From NCBI RefSeq assembly GCF_000400465.1, contig NW_008806295.1, positions 120,001 through 152,000 of the forward strand: a stretch of 32,000 bases of DNA, in the 5' to 3' direction. Shown here piece by piece: positions 21,190 to 29,265 of this stretch (positions are counted from its first letter, which is position 1; each line of letters opens with the position of its first letter). Below the pieces are notes generated by a model. That model was not told where the DNA came from and did not search any database. It was given only the letters and a program-made list of their open reading frames with translations. Source of the stretch: Wallemia ichthyophaga EXF-994. Lineage: Eukaryota; Fungi; Basidiomycota. The position numbers and the translations under genes are program-made.

Positions 21190-23311
21190 ATGGCGTCAGA
21201 TCCGCAAATCAAAAACTCAAACGTAGACGTACTAATCATCGTGGGTATCCGTGCATGATTGAGGGGTCCTTCTAACATATCTTAGGGAGCTGGTCCTGCT
21301 GGTGTCATTGCCGCTGACTGGCTCGCGAGATTCACCAAATACGGTGTTAAGACAAGGGTGGTGGACAAGCGCTCGCACAAAGTCTTCACCGGACAAGCAG
21401 ACGGACTCAACCCGCGCTCTATTGAAATGTTCCAGTCTTTCAACATTGCAAACAAGATCGTCAGTGAAGGTGGGTTATGCATGCATAGTATGACAGCTCG
21501 GCTAAGACGTCTCAGCGAACCCGATGAATGAGGTTTGTTTCTGGGCCCCAAATGAGAGCCATGGTGGTATTGAGCGTGGTAGACGTATTCCAGATACCAT
21601 CCCTGGTATATCAAGATACGTCCAGTCTGTCCTCCACCAAGGTAGAATCGAGAGACACATCCTCGACGACATGAACGAAAAGAGCAATGGTACAATGAAG
21701 ATCGAGCGTGGTGTGCTTCCCGAGACGTTGGAAGTCAATGAAGAACTCTGCCAAGACGACAACGCGTACCCAGTCAAAGTCGGTATTCGCCAACTCTCAG
21801 AAGAGGAATCACGTCCAAAGCTAGGCTCAAAGAACGGTGAAGTAGAATCTGGTCTCTACAAGTCAAACCTCGTCAAGGATGAAGACGATGACGTCGAATT
21901 CAAACCAGATGTTCCGGTCGGCGACAGAGAAATTATCAACGCAAAGTATGTTATTGGTGCAGATGGTGCGCACTCGTGGGTGCGTCGTCAATTAGGATTC
22001 AAGATGCAAGGTGAAGGATCTGATTTCGTTTGGGGTGTTGTCGATGGTGTTCCAATCACAAACTTCCCTGATATCCGCTGCCGTGCTGCTATCCACTCAA
22101 ACGCTGGTAGCATGATGATCATTCCACGCGAAGGTAGCCTCGTTCGTCTGTACATTCAGCTCAACTTGCAAGTGGACGAGGGTGGACATGTCGACCGTAG
22201 CTTGATCACACCAAAGATGCTGATGGACCAAGCTAAGGCTGTGTTCCATCCATACTCGATCGAGATTCCTGATATCATGTGGTACACCGGTTACCAAGTC
22301 GGACAACGTCTCACCTCGGAGTATGCAAAGAATGACCGTGTTTTCATCGCCGGTGACGCTTGCCACACGCACTCTCCTAAGGCCGGTCAGGGTATGAATG
22401 CATCCATGGCTGACACATACAACCTGTGTTGGAAAATTGGTCATGTCTTAGCTGGACACGCTCCACGCTCCATTCTCAAAACATACGAGAGCGAGAGACG
22501 TCCATTCGCGGAGCACTTGATTATGAACGATGCCCAACTCGCCAAGCTCTTTTCAGGAAAGCCATTGTCATCAGCTGAGCTTAATGAACTTGGTGTCGAC
22601 ATGAAGGACTTTGAAAACATTCTCGAGAGAGGAATTTCATTCTTTTTGGGTACTTCTATTGAGTACTTCAACTCCACTGCCACCGCCAACGGAAGAGACG
22701 GTAGACTTTCATCGAAGCAGGAGCTGGCGAAGAATATACCAGTCGGACAACGTTTCCCCTCTCACCAAGTCGTCTCGCAGTTCGACGGCAGACACTACCA
22801 CTTAGTCGACACCATGTTTGCTGATGGACAGTTTACTATTGTGTTATTCGCAGGCAATATGGACAAACAAGTAAACCGTCAACGTTTGCAAACCATTGCT
22901 CAACGTCTCGACAGCGATGATGGCGTAGTGAGCAAGTATACACCTAAGGACAGACAAAGAGATGGCGTGATTGACGTCAAGACAGTCCACTGTGGAGGCA
23001 GAACGAACATTGAAGTGCATGAGTTCCCACAACCAACTATTTACCCACCAGGCACATACAACAAGCTCTACGTCGACGACGTTTCCTACCACGCAGGTCA
23101 CGGAGAGGCTTACAAGAACTACGACATCAGCAAGGAAGATGGTGCTGTTGTTGTTGTGCGTCCAGACCACTTTGTCGGATTAGTTACCTCGCTCGACGGT
23201 GCTGGTATGGATGATGTCGACAAATACTTTAGCGGATTGCTCAAGACTGTTCCGGCAGAGCAACGCAACTCGGCAAAGGATATCAAGGTTATTCCACAAC
23301 CTAAAGTTTAA
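21190..23311 (+). CDS. Phenol 2-monooxygenase-like FAD-dependent hydroxylase, about 676 aa
   Basis: VDVLII-GAGPAG (FAD dinucleotide fold), GQADGLNPRSIE, GADGAHSWVRRQLG, MIIPRE, VRLYIQL, RVFIAGDACHTHSPKAGQGMNASMAD and a C-terminal thioredoxin-like VVVRPD. These motifs match Trichosporon-type phenol hydroxylase. Introns at 21241-21285 and 21470-21515. Confidence 0.93.
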
Positions 23312-23506
23312 AGATGGAATTCAAGGATTCATAGATTAGCTTATTTTCAGGCTTGGATTTACAGTGATTAAACAATCACTTTACTCTCTTTCATTCAAAA
23401 ATTTTCATATCAATTATTTGTAATATAACATACCTTTTAGAAGATATCAACACACATAAGTGGTAGTTTTTATAAAAGAATAATTATGATGGTACACTGG
23501 TAGAAA

Positions 23507-24316
23507 TTAATGGAGTACATCTCTTGCGTATTTGGCCTGCCAATAGCCGAAAGCAGTTGCTAATCTCAGTAAAACGGGAAGAGGGATGATTAGAATGATG
23601 GAGAGGGGAACAATAGTAGCTGAGACTATGAGTAGTAAGAGAGCGATAGGGGGTCTGAAGCAGAGGAAATATAAGACAGATCTGTAGCTGTATGAGTCTT
23701 GAAACATAGCCAAGCTGTTGGTATAAAAGGAAGATTCGTATTCGACGTGACCAAACGGTCTAACGCGGCGAATACGCTGGAATATTGGTCTTTTTCGGAG
23801 TAGCTGCGTAGTGGATGGATAAAAGTGATTCTGGATGACAAGTTCAAAACGAGCCATTGCGCGTGCACCGACGAGAACGACCCAGCCAAAACCCAAACCG
23901 ATTGGGAGTGTGATGAGAAGGCTGGCAGTGATGACGCTCCCGACGAAGCAGAAAATCCACGCAAATAAAGCGAGCGGGAAGGAAATGAGAGAAAGATGTA
24001 GGAGGGCTTTCCACTGATAGGGATTTAAAGTACCAGACCAGTACCTCTTCCAAGTGGATCGATCGTCGTCCACGTCTGCGTCTAGAAGATGAGCGTTCTC
24101 GTCATAATCGTCGTAAGGATCGTAGTCGCGGTATAAATCCTCGGAAGCCCTTGGAGTGACTGATGTGGAGGCTTCTGCGGTGGTTTCCCTGGAGGCGTCT
24201 CTAGGGCCATCTGTGCCCCCATCGTATGGTGGTGGAGGCGTATCTAAAATACAAAAAGTTCTGTCATCGCCTGCGTTTAGATAGAGCAATTTGTTTTGGC
24301 TTTGAGGCTGAGCCAT
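23507..24316 (-). CDS. Membrane protein with a putative-sensor-like (PF13796-type) domain, PPxY and dileucine motifs, 269 aa
   Basis: The first ATG is at 24316 (the ORF-track start 24358 is GTG). The acidic N-terminal tail has PPPPY and ENAHLL. It is followed by WKALLHLSLISFPLALFAWIF..LITLPIGLG..ARAMARFE and SYRSVLYFLCFRPPIAL, resembling the two-hairpin sensor domain from memory. Confidence 0.65.
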   Translation of the reverse strand: MAQPQSQNKLLYLNAGDDRTFCILDTPPPPYDGGTDGPRDASRETTAEASTSVTPRASEDLYRDYDPYDDYDENAHLLDADVDDDRSTWKRYWSGTLNPYQWKALLHLSLISFPLALFAWIFCFVGSVITASLLITLPIGLGFGWVVLVGARAMARFELVIQNHFYPSTTQLLRKRPIFQRIRRVRPFGHVEYESSFYTNSLAMFQDSYSYRSVLYFLCFRPPIALLLLIVSATIVPLSIILIIPLPVLLRLATAFGYWQAKYARDVLH

Positions 24317-25103
24317 TGATTGAGCGACTTCAACCCCGTTTCGAATCCGGCATCGCACAGTTTCATGTGAAAAAATGTCCAGAAATTAAAGGATTTACGT
24401 TGTCATTGTCAATAATCACTTGCGAAAAGCCCACAATTTAAGCACACAAGTCAAGTAGTAGTCAAATCAGATTTATGTTAAAGCAATGGCTCTGTCAAAT
24501 CTTCTGCTGCTTCTGATGTCTTCTTTAACAAATTATATTTTACTAAGAAAAGGCCTTATCGACGATGAAACGTTTAGACTGGTGTTATTTGTGAGAATGG
24601 GTGCAAGTGGCTGTATAAAATTCTCACCTGGATTTGGCACTACGAATTGCGTTTCAAGAGTCCTCAGCAGTTTCCTCGTTTTCAACTTGTCAATCTTCTG
24701 ATCTAACACATTCGTTTGTTCTTAAACCCAAGCTTAATTCTTCGAAACTCTAAGATGAGTTCCGGGGCAGGTGATAAGTAAAATCGACCGAGGAAACAAG
24801 AAAGAAGTTGTACATCTTTTATAGCGGGAGGAAATAACGAAGCCTAAAAATTTTGATCGGAAGTGGAAAATAAGTATAAATGTAGGTTGTAAATAATACA
24901 CAGATTTACACTGGTCTACGCCCCTGTTCGATTCCTGGGAAGAAAAGGGGCTACCGGTGACAAACGAGCCCCATGACGACGACATGCGCAGCCGTAAAAG
25001 TACTTGTTTGATATCATGGACTTGTGCGGGAGAACCTCTTTTTTGTCCAACATCACTAAAACAGTTAAATGGCAGGAGAAAGATTAATAAATTCATTAAG
25101 AAT

Positions 25104-26251
25104 TCACAACAGAGTGTAGGATTTCTTCAGGCCTAAGCGCTCAATCGTCTTTACCGGCATACAGTATACTGGATCAACGCGTTCGATTTCGGGGTATCCG
25201 AGCATTGAAAGGCCTGGGGAGGAGTGAGCGGGTGTAAACAGTAAACATACCACACCAACCTGCTACACCGAATAGGGTATGGAACACGTCAGACACATCA
25301 CCGGGTCTATCTGCTATACCACCGCAATCTGGATCCTGTGCGCTGAGTATGAATGAAATTAGCTTGTCTTTGTTTATCCAGTGAAGTCTGTGAAGGATAC
25401 TGAGAGCAGAGAGCACCCACCACGAGTAGCAAACCTGTTTTTATCGTTAGATAAGAGTGAAAGGGAATTTCAAACGTCTCACATCTTCCTGCTTCTGTGG
25501 ACGGCCATTGAGGCCACCATTCTGGACTTGTCTTTCCGACAGCCACCAGCTGAGGTTGTCTGTGTGTATGATATCAAGTCTGTCTATAATGGCTAGTGCG
25601 GCGACAGCGGTAAATACTGTGTGTGCTGTGTGTTAAGCTGGTTCACATAGAAACATCCCTCTCACCTTGGCCAGAGTGAGTTTCAGCGCCAATGTTGTTA
25701 CCGAAACCGCCATCGAAGTTTATGCATTGAGTGAACCAACTAACTATCTTTTGTTTAATTGAAGTGCCCGATTCTACTTGATCTAGTCTGTCTAGTGCGC
25801 CCAACAAACTCAAAGTGCTGATAGCGCAGTATGTAAATCTAGTATCAGATTCACCCCACTCGTCTCCGGTGAAAAAGCCTTGATTGGATGGTCTTAACTG
25901 GAGTATGTAATCGACGACCTTGCTAGTGTCTATTTTAGCCTCCTCAACGGCATCCAAGGTAATTAAGATCTGTATCCCAGATAAAGTGGACAGTATATGT
26001 GTATCGTGGTTGGGATGGCTGCTAAAGCCGCCATTGCTTGAATTCCAGCAATTTCCAACGTATTCAATCACCGCGCTTCTATCCAACGCGTCTATTCTAC
26101 CAAGTAAAGATAATGATGTTATAGCCCAGTAAATTCCATTCAAACGGAGGTGCTCTGTCAGGTGATACGATAGTGTATTCTCCGCTCTCCCCAGGTTCAC
26201 GATATACTCCACGTGTTTATCTGCATTTAATTTCGCTGTACTCTCACTCAT
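25104..26251 (-). CDS. BET2: Rab geranylgeranyltransferase (type II) beta subunit, about 334 aa
   Basis: [96 protein letters not shown] and VDPVYCMP. Introns at 25665-25617, 25482-25435 and 25259-25214. The spliced length is 1005 nt. Confidence 0.96.
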
Positions 26252-26259
26252 CCACGCTG

Positions 26260-27096
26260 ATGTCAGAATTTAACAAGTCTTGTGATATTTCCAACAATTC
26301 CTCAAAATCCTCGAATAAATCTTCCCTTAACATACACGGCCTTCCTAAGAAGAAGTTCTATAGGCAAAGAGCTCATGCGAATCCTTTCAGCGATCATCAC
26401 CTACAAGTCCCTCTCCACCCTTTGCACAAAGACTGGTCCACTCATTTCCCTGCTTTTTCTGATTCAAATGCACGCGTTGAAATGGCAGACGTTGGCTGTG
26501 GCTTTGGTGGTCTTATCATTTCACTCGCTCCAAAATTCCCCAACTCTCTCATCCTAGGTATGGAAATACGCCCACAAGTTACGCAGTATGTGTCCGATAG
26601 AATAGTTGGCTTGCGCAATTTGGCCAAGACGGGCCAGATTGATGTCCCCGATAAGCTCCCCGATCAGCAGCAAGGTAGAGGCGCATACGAGAATGCCTCC
26701 GTAATAAGGGCAAATGCGATGAAATTTCTTCCAAACTTTTTCCAAAAAGCTCAACTCAAAAAGATATTCTTTCTCTTCCCTGATCCTCACTTCAAAGCGC
26801 GCAAGCATAAGGCGAGAATTATAACGCAAACGCTGCTTTCCGAGTATGCCTACGTGTTAGCACCGAATGCCACGCTTTTCCAGATCACTGATGTACCCGA
26901 CCTCTTCAGCTGGATGCAAATGCACCTGGAAAAACACCCTCTGTTTGAGCAAATTCCCGATGAGGAGCTCACCACAGAGGACCAAACCGCGCTCAGCTGC
27001 GTCAAGAGTGAGACTGAAGAAGGCAAGAAGGTCACGCGTAACGGCGGTGGCAGACAATGGGCGACTTGGCGTCGAATCCCTGATCCACCTCTCTAA
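26260..27096 (+). CDS. TRM8: tRNA (guanine-N7)-methyltransferase catalytic subunit, 278 aa
   Basis: LPKKKFYRQRAHANPFSDH, DVGCGFGG, LGMEIR, RANAMKFLPNFF, FPDPHFKARKHKARII and ETEEGKKVTRN. The ORF-track start at 26173 is GTG. The only in-frame ATG ahead of the conserved core is at 26260. Confidence 0.96.
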   Translation: MSEFNKSCDISNNSSKSSNKSSLNIHGLPKKKFYRQRAHANPFSDHHLQVPLHPLHKDWSTHFPAFSDSNARVEMADVGCGFGGLIISLAPKFPNSLILGMEIRPQVTQYVSDRIVGLRNLAKTGQIDVPDKLPDQQQGRGAYENASVIRANAMKFLPNFFQKAQLKKIFFLFPDPHFKARKHKARIITQTLLSEYAYVLAPNATLFQITDVPDLFSWMQMHLEKHPLFEQIPDEELTTEDQTALSCVKSETEEGKKVTRNGGGRQWATWRRIPDPPL

Positions 27097-27304
27097 ACTT
27101 GTACCCTAGATTAGCGCCTTTAAATAGTGTCTTAGATTAGTAAATTAGATGATTCATTGATTATAGTTGTATGGCTTGGTACTTATATTCTGCTTCGCAA
27201 CTGAATTTGCCCTAATGACGCCATTTGCATTCCTATCGTCTTAGCACGGAGGACCGACGAGTTGCCGAAGAATCATCACCACGACACGCACCACTCACAT
27301 CGAA

Positions 27305-29143
27305 ATGCTCATGTACACAGACAGCAGCCCAGACGACAAGATGCAATTCAGCAGTCGGCGATCGACAGTGCACTCCCGCCGGGGTCTAGTGAGTACATCG
27401 CAGCCACTAGCGAGTCAAGCGGGGGTGAAGGTGCTCGATCTGGGCGGAAATGCGGTAGATGCAGCTGTAGCCGTTGCAGCCGCCCTCAACGTGACTGAGC
27501 CAAGCTCGACAGGCATTGGCGGGGACATGTTCCTTCTCTACTACGCAGCGAGCGAGCGACGAGTGTACGGCTTGAATGGCTCTGGCCATTCTCCAGCCGC
27601 GCTCACCCGCGACAAGGTCCATTCTCTCCGTCTGCACAACGATGCAGGCACCCTCCCATTCGACTCGATTCACTCTGTCACAACGCCAGGCGCGGCTGCC
27701 GGGTGGTGCGACGCTGTGGAGGCGTTCGGGTCCCACACCCTCACTCTCCACCAGATACTCGATCCTGCGATCCGCCTTGCGCGTCATGGGTACCCCGTCC
27801 ACGAGCTTACGGCGGCGCAGTGGCGCCAGGCCGAGGAGCAACTCCAGCGCGCTTCTCCAAATGCCCACGAGATGCTCCTCGACGGACGTGCGCCGCGTGA
27901 GGGCGAGATCATGTATATGGTGGGTGCACTTGCAAAAAATACTGGCATGTCTCACTTTCTCACAACTCAGCCCAACCTCGCGCGCACATTCGAAGAGCTC
28001 GCACAGCACGGCAAAGACGGTTTCTACAGGGGGAGAGTAGCGGACGAGATCGTGGGGCTCGTGGCGAGTCGCGGTGGGCTGCTCTCGCACTCCGATCTCG
28101 CCGCACACCGCAGCGAGTTCGTCGAGCCGCTGACATACACGTATGCGGGCGAGTATGTGGTGCACGAATGCCCACCTAATGGCCAAGGAGTAACTGCGTT
28201 GATAGCGCTGGGTATACTTGAGTCATGCGAGCGTCTCGGCCTCCTGTCAGCTCCGCTGCTTTCTCTCCCCCACAACGGCACAGAGTACCTCCATTTCCTC
28301 ATCGAGAGTCTCCGGCTGGCGTTCGCAGACTCGAAGCGATACACGTGCGACCCCACCTTCTCCACTCACAACACCTCCACTCCCACTCCACCCTTCGATT
28401 ACACCAAGCTACTCGCGCCCGACTATCTGGATGCTCGCGCCAGGTTGATTCACCCGCACAAAGTGAGCAGCGTGCAGCACGGGGCACCAGAGCACTCCTC
28501 AGACACTGTTTATTTCACCGTCGCTGATGAACACGGCAACGTCGCCTCCTTCATTAACTCCAACTACGCAGGTTTTGGCACGGGTGCTGTGCCCCGTGGA
28601 TGCGGTTTCACCCTCCAGAACCGCGGCGCGGGTTTTGTGTTAGAGAAGGGACATCCAAACGAGCTCGATGGGGGGAAGCGTCCTTACCACACTATTATAC
28701 CGGCTATATGCACGCTTAAGAGCACCAACGATATCTTTCTCAGCTGGTCCGTTATGGGTGGCTTCAATCAGCCACAAGGTCAATTGCAGACTTTCTTGAA
28801 CATCCTTAGAGGCCTTTCGCCTCAGGAGGCTGTCGATAAGGAAAGGTTCTGCATCGGCGCTATCAAGCAGGCTAGAACTCCTAATCCCCCTGTCCCGCTC
28901 AAGCAATCCGCACTGCAGGGTCAGATGCACGATTCAGATATCAACACAGAAGTTAATATGGAGGAAGGCGTCGATGAGATAATCTTGGAAGAACTGAAAA
29001 GAATGGGTCACGATGTGACTATTGCGAGGAAAATGCAGAGACAGGTCTGTGGCCGTGGTCAGATCATTCAGAAGACTGCACACAATGTCTGGTCAGCTGG
29101 CAGCGATATGCGCGCAGATGGTTGCGCTATGCCGCAAGTCTGA
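27305..29143 (+). CDS. Gamma-glutamyltransferase-like Ntn hydrolase (YwrD/HpxW-like cytosolic subfamily), about 595 aa after splicing
   Basis: STSQPLAS..GGNAVDAAVAVAAALNVTEPSSTGIGGD, CPPNGQG, SSDT (nucleophile Thr), SFINSNYAGFGTG, LQNRGAGF, RPYHTIIP, VMGGFNQPQGQ and SDMRADG. There is no signal peptide or TM anchor. One stop-free 51-nt intron lies at 27920-27970. Confidence 0.93.
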   Translation: MLMYTDSSPDDKMQFSSRRSTVHSRRGLVSTSQPLASQAGVKVLDLGGNAVDAAVAVAAALNVTEPSSTGIGGDMFLLYYAASERRVYGLNGSGHSPAALTRDKVHSLRLHNDAGTLPFDSIHSVTTPGAAAGWCDAVEAFGSHTLTLHQILDPAIRLARHGYPVHELTAAQWRQAEEQLQRASPNAHEMLLDGRAPREGEIMYMVGALAKNTGMSHFLTTQPNLARTFEELAQHGKDGFYRGRVADEIVGLVASRGGLLSHSDLAAHRSEFVEPLTYTYAGEYVVHECPPNGQGVTALIALGILESCERLGLLSAPLLSLPHNGTEYLHFLIESLRLAFADSKRYTCDPTFSTHNTSTPTPPFDYTKLLAPDYLDARARLIHPHKVSSVQHGAPEHSSDTVYFTVADEHGNVASFINSNYAGFGTGAVPRGCGFTLQNRGAGFVLEKGHPNELDGGKRPYHTIIPAICTLKSTNDIFLSWSVMGGFNQPQGQLQTFLNILRGLSPQEAVDKERFCIGAIKQARTPNPPVPLKQSALQGQMHDSDINTEVNMEEGVDEIILEELKRMGHDVTIARKMQRQVCGRGQIIQKTAHNVWSAGSDMRADGCAMPQV

Positions 29144-29265
29144 GCTCGATTTAGAAAATGACCTATATATACTATTTAAAAAAGAAAACCCTGCCAATAA
29201 TTTTATAATACTACTAATTACTGCGTATGTGTCCAGATAATGAGAATCAAATTGATGGCCCCCAT

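Noticed and set aside
24874-24946. Intact tRNA-Val(TAC) gene
   Set aside because: The acceptor, anticodon and T stems do not pair. It is kept only as a low-interest relic hypothesis.
24668-24980. U1-like (TACTTATCACCTG), RNase MRP-like (ATGGGGCTC, CCCCGGA) fragments and a 9-bp inverted repeat
   Set aside because: The U1 5' end does not match ACTTACCTG. The MRP-like pieces are in the wrong order and lack GAAAGT. No snRNA or snoRNA boxes are supported.
24734-25096. 120-aa minus-strand ORF
   Set aside because: No recognisable motif or coding-like composition, and it reads through a TATA-like element.
1386-27096. Functional clustering of tRNA-related genes (GCN2, TRM8) or trafficking genes (GDA1, VPS33, BET2, LSB6)
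   Set aside because: These are common housekeeping categories spread over 30 kb, and there is no evidence beyond chance adjacency.
27407-28186. 259-aa antisense ORF and several other overlapping ORFs on the GGT-like gene
   Set aside because: They are shadows of a GC-rich coding region, where stops are rare, and show no recognisable motifs.
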